DNA from: Armatimonadota bacterium
GTDB lineage: Bacteria; Vulcanimicrobiota; JACPDS01; JBDRKI01
Length of the DNA stretch: 64,000 nt
Assembly (NCBI GenBank): GCA_043814095.1
Contig: JBDRKI010000055.1
Location: 1-64,000, forward strand
Direction: 5' to 3'
Each line of letters starts with the position of its first letter. Position 1 is the stretch's first letter. Under the pieces are notes generated by a model. That model was given only the letters and a program-made list of their open reading frames with translations, had not been told where the DNA came from and made no database searches. The translations under genes and the position numbers were made by a program. Positions 28,701 through 38,901 of the stretch are shown in pieces.

Positions 28701-30402
28701 CGTCATAATCAGCGGCTTTAATCTCTACTTTTGCGTCATCACCTTCAGCGTAAATATACTTATTGGCTTTTAAGGCCATATTAAAAAGACCCTGGGTAAC
28801 AAGAACACTTACAGATGTGCTGACAGTTCTTAGGCTTAAATCCTGAACTTCTACCTCAATCCCCACTATACGGTCATGATCGGATTTTGAAGTGGGTATT
28901 ATTATATCCGCACGCCCGTCCTGATCTGTTTTTGCTTCTCCTTCAAAAAGCACTCTTCCGTAACCCGCACTCTCATCTTTATACCTGAATTCATCTACCA
29001 TAAGGAAGGGGGAGTAATAATCGGATTCATAAGCGGTATATGTTATCCTGGCACCAGAAACCGGTTCCCCGAAATAGTATGCCGCGTCAACCTTAACGGT
29101 GATTTTATCCCCTCCAACATAATGCTTCTCGGAAGGAGCAAGCTCCACTTTATATTCGGGTTTTTTATACTCCGCGACCATAAAGTCCTGATAAAAATTC
29201 TCTCTGTCTATTGAAGTCATTATGGAATAACTGCCCAGGTCGGGCTCTTCGGAAAGCTTGAACTCCCCGTTAAAAGTACCGAAAGAATCCGTTTTTAAAG
29301 AGGCTTTTTTAATAACCGTGCCCTGGGAATCCGTAACCTGAATATCCACATTGCGGTCAACCGCATTTTCATATTTATTATAAAGGTCGCGCCTTACAAT
29401 GCCCTTGTAATAAACGGTTTGTCCCGGACGGTAAACCGGCCTTTCCGTATAAAGGTAAGTTTTATACAAACCCGAACCCGAAGACGCGTATCCCGCGGTA
29501 TAAGCGCTGGATTTGCCTTTTGAAGCGAGTACAAAATAGTTTGAACCGGCAGGCGGCGTTATAACCAGAACGCCTTCACTTCCTGTAGAAGAAGTTTGAT
29601 ACAGCTTGCTGTATTTATCGTACAATCTTATATTCACACCGGAGAGCGGCTCCCCGTTTGTAATGTTTACGGCGTAAACAAGAAGCTTTCCTGGAGAGCT
29701 TTTGGTTATTATGCCAGTATCGGTTATATTGAAAAGAATTCTCTGTTCTTTTAAGTTTTGAGGCTTTACGCTCGCTATATAGACGCCTTCTTCTTTAAAA
29801 TCAATCTTGGGCTGCATCTCAAACTCGTCAAAATTATTGAGGGTTGTCTTAAACTCCGATTTAAAGACAGTTTCAAATAAGGATAGATTCACCCCGCCTA
29901 ACCTGTACGGATTCTGCAGGATGTTAATATTCTGCAAAGGATCTATTTTATAAACCGTTATTGTGAAATTTTCTATTTTATATCCCCTGCATATGAAAGA
30001 CGGTTCATCGTTTGGCGTAAAATTATTTCTTTCCATGTAAACGGAGAAATAAGGGGCTCTTATATACAGCGAGAAGTTAATATTGCGGGTTTGTTTCGCT
30101 TCAAAAACATCCACACCGTAGCGGTAAGACGGCTCATATCCCCTGGCCGCAACGCTTATATCATATCTGCCCTCAGGCACGTCCGTAAGTTCATAATAAC
30201 CGTTCTTATCGGTTTTTACATATTTGCCGTACACCGTAGGATGGTAAACAACGGCGCCGCATACAGGTTTGCCCGTATTTTTAGCGGTGACAATCCCCGA
30301 CACGCTCCCCATAGGCGCCTCAAAGGATATGGCAAATGAAAAAAGCAGGCCAATCCATATAAAGGCAAGAATTACAATAAAAGTATAACTGAACTTTTTC
30401 AT
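25792..30402 (-). CDS. Bacterial alpha-2-macroglobulin with N-terminal carboxypeptidase-regulatory-like domain
   Basis: TERPVYRPG, FPDNLTSW, thioester motif YPYGCTEQ, DGGWGWW. Confidence 0.92.
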   Translation of the reverse strand: MKKFSYTFIVILAFIWIGLLFSFAISFEAPMGSVSGIVTAKNTGKPVCGAVVYHPTVYGKYVKTDKNGYYELTDVPEGRYDISVAARGYEPSYRYGVDVFEAKQTRNINFSLYIRAPYFSVYMERNNFTPNDEPSFICRGYKIENFTITVYKIDPLQNINILQNPYRLGGVNLSLFETVFKSEFKTTLNNFDEFEMQPKIDFKEEGVYIASVKPQNLKEQRILFNITDTGIITKSSPGKLLVYAVNITNGEPLSGVNIRLYDKYSKLYQTSSTGSEGVLVITPPAGSNYFVLASKGKSSAYTAGYASSGSGLYKTYLYTERPVYRPGQTVYYKGIVRRDLYNKYENAVDRNVDIQVTDSQGTVIKKASLKTDSFGTFNGEFKLSEEPDLGSYSIMTSIDRENFYQDFMVAEYKKPEYKVELAPSEKHYVGGDKITVKVDAAYYFGEPVSGARITYTAYESDYYSPFLMVDEFRYKDESAGYGRVLFEGEAKTDQDGRADIIIPTSKSDHDRIVGIEVEVQDLSLRTVSTSVSVLVTQGLFNMALKANKYIYAEGDDAKVEIKAADYDGKAVASQSIKSTVYRISYKEDGDGRVTEQKKLLKVLESFTNPEGIADISYKFDKGGNYKIESQSYDKDSNKVTASLYIWVSSGYSSSPFTKNIEAVTDKKLYNPGDTAKVLISFPEKDCKALITVEGKDIYLYNVLKVDSFSKTIELPVKEEYFPNVYIQISLVKDGQLIYHTVPLYLNVSDKKLNISIKPGKEKYKPGQTAVYDITVTDKDGVPVESQFSFGVVDEAIYAISEELCRNINKYFYGYRYGLVNTNYSFSGYYSGGLDKEGVKIRKNFKDTAYFIPDVLTDNEGKARISFVFPDNLTSWRATVKAATKNSLFGQAQDNVIVTKDLLVRLEPPRFITQNDELQIAAVVHNYTESAQKVDVEFNASGCELTGKQNKSITVGKNGAERVPFNVKANTPGEAVFTVKAISATDSDGMELKVPVIPHGILQYKAGSDIVKENLAFELVIPPNIIKEATKLNMVFAPSVGSAILAGLDYLTSYPYGCTEQTMNSFLPNVIVEQTLKKLNIQDNTLEDKLPTMINKGLKTIYSYQQSDGGWGWWEYDRSNAYLTAFVVIGLNEAKKSGINIDKYSFDRGVAAVKNFLKQKEEDFVRANYLYAQGAYINARAYLIYALSECGQAKREDVIDLFNKKEQLNNYSKALFAATLYNTGLTEEALQMAEIINDNARDYSGFTYWQGEGPSYSWPESDVETTAYTIKALVRIQPDNPNITKAFQWLITQRQGAVWISTKDTAIALSALCDYMIAKGDASPNFTAKFNFNKELLKEMSFNNIMNPPVSFNVSNSKIKQNNSVDIQKQGQGTLYSSYKLQYFVQGNDIKAESKGITVQRDYYKLKRVKTIKGDYIEKPVRFDGAIKTGEKLQVKLTLNCPNDYTYMIIEDMFPAGCEVDIAEAEKNVGSTWYQKRIVRDEKAVFFISYFAKGRHEIIYNIRGEVPGRYNILPTQAYLMYAPQVCGNSAEDKLEIK

Positions 30403-30410
30403 AAAGCACC

Positions 30411-30989
30411 TCATCCACTAATAAGTACGGTTTCAAAAACATACATTATAACCGGTTCGCCCTCTTTTATGCCGGCTTTCCGTCTGCATTCATATAACTG
30501 CCAGCCGGCTGTTTTTGCCTCGCCCGGAAGAAGCACGGCTCCTTTGCTGCCGCTTACGACAAATAAGCCTAATCTCTTCGGGTTAAGCTCTGAGGGCTCC
30601 GCGCGCCTAACATTTTTCACAAGAGAGATATTATATTTAATATGGGGATATTCGCTCATTGAAATTCTCTGATGGCGGGTATCGCCCGACGCGGCAAGTA
30701 TTGTATTATGCACAATCTCTTCGGATAAATTCGCCTGTTTGGGAAAGACAGTGCCCATACACCCGCGCACTTTATTATTCTTAGTTAAAGTAACGAACAC
30801 GCCGCAGTTATAATCCGTAATGGCTTTAACCGGCTCATATACTTTATTATATTTTAAATATTCAAAAAGCGATCTCCGGGCCGTATTAACAATTTCCTTA
30901 TCAAAATCAGGCTCTGCCTGAACATCAAGGGTATTAAAGAGCAAAAACCCCGATACTATAACAATTATTAATATTTTTATATTATTCAT
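30411..30989 (-). CDS. AMMECR1 (AmmeMemoRadiSam protein A-like) domain protein with N-terminal signal/TM
   Basis: GVFVTL...RGCMGT, GAVLLPG, RRKAGI. Confidence 0.8.
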   Translation of the reverse strand: MNNIKILIIVIVSGFLLFNTLDVQAEPDFDKEIVNTARRSLFEYLKYNKVYEPVKAITDYNCGVFVTLTKNNKVRGCMGTVFPKQANLSEEIVHNTILAASGDTRHQRISMSEYPHIKYNISLVKNVRRAEPSELNPKRLGLFVVSGSKGAVLLPGEAKTAGWQLYECRRKAGIKEGEPVIMYVFETVLISG

Positions 30990-31155
30990 ATTTATTATTT
31001 TCTATGTTTATTTAAGCCTTCCTCTAGGCATAGGCTTAAAAATTTGACCTGGAAGGCTAAATTTGATAAAATTGTGCCTATAGGGGTTTGTTTGATCAAA
31101 CCCCTGTTGATTTTTTATATTAATCATATGAAAAATCCATATAAAAATAAAACAT

Positions 31156-33288
31156 ATGAAAAAAATGAAAGAATATAAACTAAAAGGACTTAAACGGCTT
31201 TTTAAAAACAAGACATTTATACATGTCTTCCTGTTTTTATTTGTATTTCTCGGACTGACCTTTTTTGCCTCAGTTAATTTTTTGCCTTCTTCCAATATAA
31301 AAGTGGGAGAAGTTAACCCCAAAGACATAGCAGCCCCCAGAAACGCCGAATTCGTTGACCTGGAGCAGACAGAGAAACTGCGTTTTGAAGCGGCCAACAA
31401 AATAAAGCCGGTGGAATCAAGGGATGCGTCTGTTTATGCCGAGCAGGAGGGAGAAATAACCTCCTTATTCCAGCAGACACGTAAAATCCAGTCTCTTAAA
31501 AAAGATGACAAAGCCGCAAAAGCGGATCAATTAAAAGAGAAACTTCCTTTAAACCTCCCCCCTTATATAATCAACTCCCTCATAAAACTTAATCCTGATG
31601 ATTTAAACAAACTGGAGCTGACCTCCAAAAAACTACTTGCTACAATAATGAAAGACAGCTTGAAACAGGAGAATATCCAGGAAGCAAAAACTTTTGCGGG
31701 CCTTTATTTAAGAGGTAAAGATTTTGATAATATTTCAAAAAACTGTGTTTATGAGATAGTTTCAAACTCAATTAAACCCAATGTGGTTGTGGATATGGAT
31801 AAAACCCAGCTTCTCCAGCAGCAGGAGATGGATAAAATACCGGCAGTTAAAGTAAATATAAAAAAGGGACAGATAATAGTAAATAAGGGGGAGATAGTAA
31901 CCTCCGAGCAGATAAAACTCCTGAAGGGCCTTAATCTTTATGCTCCGGGCACAAACCTCCCTGGAATAATAGGTTCGGCTCTCCTGTCGCTTTTGTTTAT
32001 AGGCATAGTAATATATTTCTGCAGTAAATATAATCCTAAAGTTATTTTCAACGATAAACTGCTGCTGCTTCTCAGCATTATTATTGTGTTTATAGTGGCT
32101 CTTTCAAAAACTCTCATGGTTTTTTCGTCGCTGCTCGCTCCTGTCGCGGCGGCTTCCATTTTAATAGCAATATTAATAGACTGGCATCTTGCCCTGCTTA
32201 TTACAATACTCTTGGGCCTGCAGCTGGGTATCTCCGCGGATAACATGCTGCTGACTATCGTGGCCTTAACAAGCGGCATAGCGGCCGTATTAAGCGTGTC
32301 TAAAATAAACCGCAGATGGGATCTGGCCATACCCGGCGCGGTTATAATCGGGATAAGCGCTTTAACTTTAATAATAGCGGGGTTGATACAGAATACACCT
32401 TTTGACTACCTCCTAAAAGAACAGATACTCTGGGGAAGTATTTTAAACGGAATAATAGCCGTGGGTTTCGCGATGGTCTCCCTTCCCTTGTTTGAAAATT
32501 TCTTTAACATAACAACGCATATTAAATTAATAGAGCTCTCAAGCCCCAATGAACCGTTACTGAACAAACTGCTTATAGAAGCACCGGGAACTTACCATCA
32601 CAGCATTATTGTGGGAAACCTGGCTTACGGCGCGGCCCAGGTCGTTGGAGCAGATCCCCTGCTTGCAAGGGTCGGAGCTTACTACCATGATATAGGAAAA
32701 ATAAAGCGTCCTTACTTTTTCGTGGAAAACCAGCCTAAAAACGATAATCCCCATGACAGGATATCACCCACTTTAAGCACCCTTATAATAACTTCACACG
32801 TAAAAGACGGAGTAGAGCTCGCGCAGAAACAGCACCTGCCTGAAGTGCTTATAGATTTTATAAGAGAGCATCACGGCACTTCCCTTGTCGCTTACTTTTA
32901 CCACGAAGCAATGGCTCAGGCAAGCGAAGAAGAAAAAAACGAACTCTCTGAAGAAGATTTCAGATACCCCGGGCCCAAGCCGCAGAGCAAAGAAACCGCG
33001 GTCGTCATGCTTGCAGATATCGCGGAAGCATCCGTAAAGACACTGGATACGGTAAACCAGGTTAAGATAAACAACATGGTAAAACAGGTAATAAAAGCCG
33101 CCCTGGAAAACGGGCAGCTGGATGAATGCCAGCTCAGTTTTAAAAACCTTAAAGACATAAGCGCTTCTTTTGTAAGAACGCTCTCGGGGATATACCATCA
33201 CAGAATTGAATACCCCGATAAACTGGGACAGACAAAAAAAGAAGTCAAAAATAATAATAAAAATGGAAAAACAAATTCCTCAAATTAA
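31156..33288 (+). CDS. pgpH: 7TM-HD phosphohydrolase (c-di-AMP phosphodiesterase PgpH-like)
   Basis: APGTYHHS, YYHDIGK, EHHGT, FRYPGPKP motifs; upstream of ybeY. Confidence 0.85.
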   Translation: MKKMKEYKLKGLKRLFKNKTFIHVFLFLFVFLGLTFFASVNFLPSSNIKVGEVNPKDIAAPRNAEFVDLEQTEKLRFEAANKIKPVESRDASVYAEQEGEITSLFQQTRKIQSLKKDDKAAKADQLKEKLPLNLPPYIINSLIKLNPDDLNKLELTSKKLLATIMKDSLKQENIQEAKTFAGLYLRGKDFDNISKNCVYEIVSNSIKPNVVVDMDKTQLLQQQEMDKIPAVKVNIKKGQIIVNKGEIVTSEQIKLLKGLNLYAPGTNLPGIIGSALLSLLFIGIVIYFCSKYNPKVIFNDKLLLLLSIIIVFIVALSKTLMVFSSLLAPVAAASILIAILIDWHLALLITILLGLQLGISADNMLLTIVALTSGIAAVLSVSKINRRWDLAIPGAVIIGISALTLIIAGLIQNTPFDYLLKEQILWGSILNGIIAVGFAMVSLPLFENFFNITTHIKLIELSSPNEPLLNKLLIEAPGTYHHSIIVGNLAYGAAQVVGADPLLARVGAYYHDIGKIKRPYFFVENQPKNDNPHDRISPTLSTLIITSHVKDGVELAQKQHLPEVLIDFIREHHGTSLVAYFYHEAMAQASEEEKNELSEEDFRYPGPKPQSKETAVVMLADIAEASVKTLDTVNQVKINNMVKQVIKAALENGQLDECQLSFKNLKDISASFVRTLSGIYHHRIEYPDKLGQTKKEVKNNNKNGKTNSSN

Positions 33289-33730
33289 CATAACTTACCT
33301 GTACAAAGAATTCCGATTGTCCCCAAGGATTATCAGAGAAATATTCTCATATATTTTAAAAAAAGAAGAAGCAAATCTAAACTGTTCCATAGACGTGGTT
33401 TTCATGAATAATGACGCAATTAAAAAATTAAACAAAGTATACAGGAAAAAGAATAAACCTACCGATGTTCTTGCTTTTAACATATCCTCTGAAGATGAAG
33501 ACGAATTTCTCAACCCTATAAACCTTCTCGGGGAGATAATAATCTCAACCCCGTACGCGAAGGAGCAGGCAAAAAAACAGAAGCATTCGCTTAAAAAGGA
33601 AGTCGTATTCCTTTTGATTCACGGACTGCTTCATCTTCTGGGATACGATGACCTGACTGTACCCGATTATGAAAAGATGATGGCAAAGCAAAAAGAATAT
33701 TTTGCTTATGCGGTTAATAATATTTTATAA
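33263..33730 (+). CDS. ybeY: rRNA maturation endoribonuclease YbeY
   Basis: PTDVLAF, LGEIII, HGLLHLLGYD. Confidence 0.92.
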   Translation: MEKQIPQINITYLYKEFRLSPRIIREIFSYILKKEEANLNCSIDVVFMNNDAIKKLNKVYRKKNKPTDVLAFNISSEDEDEFLNPINLLGEIIISTPYAKEQAKKQKHSLKKEVVFLLIHGLLHLLGYDDLTVPDYEKMMAKQKEYFAYAVNNIL

Positions 33731-33783
33731 AAGCTTTCTTTAAATAAAAGGGGAAAAACGCTTATAATAGAAAGTAGTAGGTT

Positions 33784-34503
33784 ATGGAATCCCATAAAAA
33801 AAGCAGCTTTTCAGACAGCGTAAACAACGCCATAGACGGCATTATTTACGCTTTTAAAACGGAAAAAAACCTGAAAATACATTTTTCCATAACTTTATTC
33901 GTTTTAGTGATCTGCCTGTGGCTGGATTTAAAATCTTATGACCTGCTTTTTGTCTTTTTCGCGATCGCGCTCGTGCTTGTTGCCGAGATGCTTAATACAG
34001 CCATTGAGGCAATGGTAAACCTGCTTACTTTATCGCATCATCCTCTTGCGAAAATAGCCAAAGATGTCGCGGCAGGCGGAGTTTTTCTTGCTGTAATTAA
34101 TTCTCTTATCGTGGCATATATAGTATTTTTTAAAATTTTCAAAGAGCCTTTTTTGAAAAATGTGATAACAAAAATAAAAGCGCACCCTTACCATCTTATA
34201 TTCATCTTATTCGCCATTATCTGCATTCTGGTCCTGATTGTGAAAGCTTTAAGCGGGACCGGAAGATTTACCAGGGGCGGCCTTATAAGCGGGCACGCGG
34301 CCGTGGCTTTCGCGGCAAGCACAGCTATTCTTTGTTTAACGAGAAGCTGGTGGGCGGGCTTGCTCGCTTTTATAATAGCGATCCTGGTTGCCCAGAGCAG
34401 GGTAGAGGCGAAAATACATCACTGGTTTGAAGTCCTTCTGGGTGCATTGATAGGAACGGCAATAAGTTTATCTATATTCATTCTGCTTAAGGGCATATTT
34501 TAA
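33784..34503 (+). CDS. dgkA: Diacylglycerol/undecaprenol kinase fused to PAP2 domain
   Basis: EMLNTAIE, AKDVAAG, SGHAA, SRVE..IH. Confidence 0.85.
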   Translation: MESHKKSSFSDSVNNAIDGIIYAFKTEKNLKIHFSITLFVLVICLWLDLKSYDLLFVFFAIALVLVAEMLNTAIEAMVNLLTLSHHPLAKIAKDVAAGGVFLAVINSLIVAYIVFFKIFKEPFLKNVITKIKAHPYHLIFILFAIICILVLIVKALSGTGRFTRGGLISGHAAVAFAASTAILCLTRSWWAGLLAFIIAILVAQSRVEAKIHHWFEVLLGALIGTAISLSIFILLKGIF

Positions 34504-34527
34504 ATAATCACAGGACGGGACACGCAA

Positions 34528-35811
34528 ATGACAAGCATAATTCTAGGCTCCAATAATTTCTGGATAGACATATCAATAATATCCACTTTGATTTTAACTG
34601 TAATATTTTCCATCGCGCAGGCATCTTTCGGAAACCTTACAAAAACCAAAGTTGACGAAGAATACAAAAAAAACAAAGATGATATAAAAATAGAGAGATT
34701 AAAGCGGCTTATTGACAAAAAGGACATACTCATACCTTCTGTTCAAATGTGGAATATATTTTTTATACTGATTCTCGGATTTTTCGTGATGATATGGTAC
34801 CTGCATAACCTGGAGCAGTTTAATTATATTCTTGCCGTCCTGCTTTTAACCGCGACTTTTATGCTTTTAAGTTTTATAAAAATACTTTCCTTTAAGATTG
34901 CTTCGTTAAACGCGTACAATATCTCCCTCAGACTGGCAAGAACTTTTGAAGTAATATCCGCCGTAACCTTTCCCCTTATTAATCTTGTATTTACGCTGTT
35001 AAACCCGTTATTTAAAATATTCGGAGCTGATATTAAAAAGGATGTCTACCATTACAGCGAAGAAGATTTAAAACACATTCTAAAAGAAAGCCACCGGCAC
35101 GGCGTAATAGAAAAAGACGAACAGGAGCTCCTGCACTCCATATTTGAATTCGGCGACACCATTGTCGCCGAAGTAATGACCCCGAGACTTGACATGATAT
35201 GCATTAAAGAAAGCGATACCCTCGTGGATTTTATACATCTTGTCAAAAAAAGCGGGCTTTCCAAAATACCCGTTTACGGCGAGTCCATAGACCATATACT
35301 GGGCGTTGTTTACGTAAAAGACATCCTGAGCGCCCTGGAAGAAAATAAGCTTGATATGCATATAAAACAAGCGTCAAAACCTACATATTTCGTCCCGGGA
35401 ACAAAAAAGATAAACGAGCTTCTCAAGGAAATGCAGAAAAAAAAGGTAAGCATGGCGATTGTGGTTGATGAATTCGGCGGAACGGAAGGTCTTATTACCG
35501 TAGAAGACATCATAGAAGAAATTGTAGGCGAGATCACCGATGAATACGACAAATCTTCCCCTGACTTTATGAAGTGCGATGACTCTTCTTATATCATAAG
35601 CGCGAAAGTTGTCATAGAGGACGTAAATAATAAGTTAAAACTGAATATCCCTTGTGAAAAGTTTGAAACAATAGGCGGATACGCTTACGGCTTGTTTGAC
35701 AGGATACCAAACCAGGGCGATACTAAAGACCAGGAAGACTTTACCCTTACTATTGAAAGAAAGGTCGGCAGAAGAATAGATAAAGTGAAAATTAAAAAAA
35801 TAAATCCTTAA
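34528..35811 (+). CDS. HlyC/CorC family CBS-domain protein
   Basis: EVMTPR, VVDEFGGTEGLITVEDIIEEIVGEI. Confidence 0.9.
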   Translation: MTSIILGSNNFWIDISIISTLILTVIFSIAQASFGNLTKTKVDEEYKKNKDDIKIERLKRLIDKKDILIPSVQMWNIFFILILGFFVMIWYLHNLEQFNYILAVLLLTATFMLLSFIKILSFKIASLNAYNISLRLARTFEVISAVTFPLINLVFTLLNPLFKIFGADIKKDVYHYSEEDLKHILKESHRHGVIEKDEQELLHSIFEFGDTIVAEVMTPRLDMICIKESDTLVDFIHLVKKSGLSKIPVYGESIDHILGVVYVKDILSALEENKLDMHIKQASKPTYFVPGTKKINELLKEMQKKKVSMAIVVDEFGGTEGLITVEDIIEEIVGEITDEYDKSSPDFMKCDDSSYIISAKVVIEDVNNKLKLNIPCEKFETIGGYAYGLFDRIPNQGDTKDQEDFTLTIERKVGRRIDKVKIKKINP

Positions 35812-35820
35812 GGAGTTTTC

Positions 35821-36219
35821 ATGAAGAACAAATTAACTGAAAAACTTATAAATCTTGCTTTCGAAGCCCGTGAAAACGCTTACGCGCCTTACTCAAACTA
35901 CAAAGTAGGAGCCGCGCTTATCACCTCCTCTGAAAAAATATACACGGGATCAAATGTTGAAAATTCGTCTTTCGGATTAACCGTCTGCGCTGAAAGATGT
36001 GCGGCCGTAAAAGCCGTTAATGACGCAGAGCGGGCAATTACCGCTATCGCGATAGTATCGGGCTCTGATATACTTCCTACACCGTGCGGCGCCTGCAGGC
36101 AGGTTTTATCCGAATTCTCAAAAGACGGAGAGATGACCGTAATATTCGCGAACACGGAAGGAAAAAGAGAAGAAAAAAAATTAAAAGAACTGCTTCCTTA
36201 CGCTTTTGTTTTTAAATAA
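35821..36219 (+). CDS. cdd: Cytidine deaminase
   Basis: AYAPYS, CAERCA, PCGACRQ. Confidence 0.95.
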   Translation: MKNKLTEKLINLAFEARENAYAPYSNYKVGAALITSSEKIYTGSNVENSSFGLTVCAERCAAVKAVNDAERAITAIAIVSGSDILPTPCGACRQVLSEFSKDGEMTVIFANTEGKREEKKLKELLPYAFVFK

Positions 36220-36222
36220 AAA

Positions 36223-37134
36223 TCAGACCAGCAAAGATTTCGCTTTTTCAAGAACTTTTTTCTCGCTTAAGAAGGTAAGCTTTTTTACCGCGTCCCCTAT
36301 CATGAACCATTTAACCTCATCCGCTTCGTGATCTCGCTCTTTCTGGTTCTCGGACATAACCGGCATAAGATAAAATACCACTCTTTTATTATAAAAAATA
36401 TTCTCTTCTTTAAGCAAGAAAGAATACTGCACTTCGTCTATCTTTTCCTTAACTTCACATTCAAACCCGGTCTCTTCGGCTATCTCGCGCCTGGCTGTTT
36501 CTTTCTCGTCCTCATTTTTCTCAATCCTGCCCTTGGGAAGCGCCCAGACATAGCCTCTTTTCTTTGAGATAAGAAGAACTTTAATCTTGCTCCCGGAAAT
36601 CTTATAAACCACCCCGCCCGCGGAAGCCTGGTTTTTTACTTCCGGGGAGTCAGGTTCTTCCTCAATAAATTCCTGGGAATATCTTTCTTTTGTTATTTTA
36701 CTTTTGGCTGAAGAGCTGCTTAAAGGAACGGTTCTCTCATAATTATCCAGGGCTTTATTGGCCAGAGAATCAGCTTCTTTATTCTTCTCCCTGGGGATGC
36801 TTATAATCTTAATATCCATCCCGCCTACCAGGTTCAACGCGTGTTTATAAAGCTTCAATATGTCTTCATTTTTAACTTTGTACTGCTTATTCCACTGACG
36901 CTCCAGAAGCTGGCTGTCCGTATAAACGGTTATCCTGCCCCGGGTTCCTTTGAGCACTTCAAGCGCTTTTATAAGGGCTTTATACTCCGCCTGATTGTTC
37001 GTGGCAAACCCTATATACTGGCTCACCTGTTTTATCACATCACCGTCTTTATTTTTAACCACAACCCCGATGGACGCATGTCCGGGATTGCCCCGTGAAG
37101 CGCCGTCTATATAAATATTATAAATTGAAACCAC
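36223..37134 (-). CDS. RNase HI - NUDIX hydrolase fusion
   Basis: YIDGASRGNPG, TNNQAEY, ADSLAN (RNase HI); G.....E.......REIAEETG (Nudix box). Confidence 0.85.
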   Translation of the reverse strand: MVSIYNIYIDGASRGNPGHASIGVVVKNKDGDVIKQVSQYIGFATNNQAEYKALIKALEVLKGTRGRITVYTDSQLLERQWNKQYKVKNEDILKLYKHALNLVGGMDIKIISIPREKNKEADSLANKALDNYERTVPLSSSSAKSKITKERYSQEFIEEEPDSPEVKNQASAGGVVYKISGSKIKVLLISKKRGYVWALPKGRIEKNEDEKETARREIAEETGFECEVKEKIDEVQYSFLLKEENIFYNKRVVFYLMPVMSENQKERDHEADEVKWFMIGDAVKKLTFLSEKKVLEKAKSLLV

Positions 37135-37163
37135 CCCGCTTTTTCTTGAAAAGGAAAATAAGT

Positions 37164-38738
37164 TTAATACTCTAGATCCGCTTCTGCTATATCTGCTTCC
37201 TGTTCCAAAAGGCCCATCTCTTCCAGGAACCAGTTAAAAAATTCCCTTAATTTTTCTCTCTGCTTGGGAGGAACATAATTATAACTTATAACCCTGTCTG
37301 TTATTTCCCAGAAATGGGATTCATTTACCGAAAATATTTCTATTTTTATCTGAAGGAGAACATCCAGAGGTATTCTTTTCATCTGGGCGTAAATCTGGCG
37401 CGCGGGTTCAATTTCATCTCTTAGAAGAAAAAAGCTTGCCAGAATGGCGTATGATTTCCACAGACTTATAACCATGCGCGGTTTTTTACGGTAATCCAGT
37501 CTGTACTGGAGTTCCAAAAACTCTCGCAGAAACTGATCCATATTTTCTACTTTTTTCTTATGAGCCCTTTCATTAAGCTTTCTTAAGTCATACACCGCTG
37601 ATTCAAAATTCTGTCTTCCGCCGTGCTGGGCGAATATAATCGCGTAGTGAGATAAATAAAAAGCTATTGACTTTGAAATATCCCCGTTTATCTCAATTAT
37701 GCGCTCCGCGAAAAGCCTGTACTGATATAATGTGTCGTTATTTGATCTTACATCGTTTGTCGTAATGGTATATTTCAAAAGTGAGTTAAAAAACTTCATT
37801 ACCAGATCAACCAGGTAGGCTTGCTTGCTTTCCGCGGCCGTAGTGCCTATTGTGCGGCATGCCTGAGCGACCGCTGAGGATACTTCGGCAAGCTTCTTTG
37901 AAGACATCGCGAAAATCTGCAGGAGCTGGCGCATGGCTCTGTATTCAACCCATGCTTCAATTTTAACGACTTCATCAATTACCGTTTGGGACGCCCCTAT
38001 AATATGGGTTTTATCAACCTTATACCAGTCCTTATGAAAGTGCTCCTTATTTACTATGTATATGTCAACTATGCTCTGGAGGGCCCAGACGCAGTGATGG
38101 GCAATCTCGGCATCCATCTTCTGCACGGCGCTCAAAGCTATATCGGCTATTTTCTCCAGTTCGGTGTTAATAATATGTTTTGCTTTTAAGTGGTAAGACG
38201 GGTCTTTCTCCAGCCTGTGAATGGTATCTATGGCTTCTCTCCTTATCTGGTTAATTATATTTATGGGTTTTAACATATTAAAAAGGTAAAGAAAGTAAGG
38301 GACAATAAGGGAGAAGCAGATCGTCATCAAGATCATCGCGAACAGGCCGCCGTAGCGCGGTATATAATCATCATTTATGCTGTGGGATATCCATAAGGTA
38401 ACAATCACCGAAACAACAAATAACGAAATCAGTATAAGGTTGCCCTTGTGCGTGATAAAAAGATCAACGACTTTAGGGGTATACCTGTTGGCGGTAAGCT
38501 GGACTATAAGAAGAACAATAGCGACCATAATGCCCAGCGTGGCCGCTAAAGACGTTGCCGCGGCCGTTAACGAGTACCTGAAAGTGTTCGCGTTCCCCCT
38601 GAAGAAATTCTCCCACGGAGAAAACAAAGGCGCGTTAGCGCAGTAATCCAGATAATAAGAAACCGCGAAAATTACCGCGGCGGTTGAAACCGTAACGGTT
38701 ATGGGTATAAACCATAATTTAAATCTTCTGAATTTCAT
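37164..38738 (-). CDS. DUF2254-like membrane protein
   Basis: N-terminal TM helices with VQLTANRYTP motif. Confidence 0.6.
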   Translation of the reverse strand: MKFRRFKLWFIPITVTVSTAAVIFAVSYYLDYCANAPLFSPWENFFRGNANTFRYSLTAAATSLAATLGIMVAIVLLIVQLTANRYTPKVVDLFITHKGNLILISLFVVSVIVTLWISHSINDDYIPRYGGLFAMILMTICFSLIVPYFLYLFNMLKPINIINQIRREAIDTIHRLEKDPSYHLKAKHIINTELEKIADIALSAVQKMDAEIAHHCVWALQSIVDIYIVNKEHFHKDWYKVDKTHIIGASQTVIDEVVKIEAWVEYRAMRQLLQIFAMSSKKLAEVSSAVAQACRTIGTTAAESKQAYLVDLVMKFFNSLLKYTITTNDVRSNNDTLYQYRLFAERIIEINGDISKSIAFYLSHYAIIFAQHGGRQNFESAVYDLRKLNERAHKKKVENMDQFLREFLELQYRLDYRKKPRMVISLWKSYAILASFFLLRDEIEPARQIYAQMKRIPLDVLLQIKIEIFSVNESHFWEITDRVISYNYVPPKQREKLREFFNWFLEEMGLLEQEADIAEADLEY

Positions 38739-38901
38739 AGCCCTATTATCTTTCTTTTATGAGGATTTAAATCCTGCCGGAGGCCGCCCGCGGGACTGGA
38801 CACCTTTAAATCAAGCTGTTATTATATATTCAAAAGAAGGAAATATAACGCATGGATAGAAAATGTGATACTGTATATGTAAAATACTGCAGGAGGCATA
38901 C

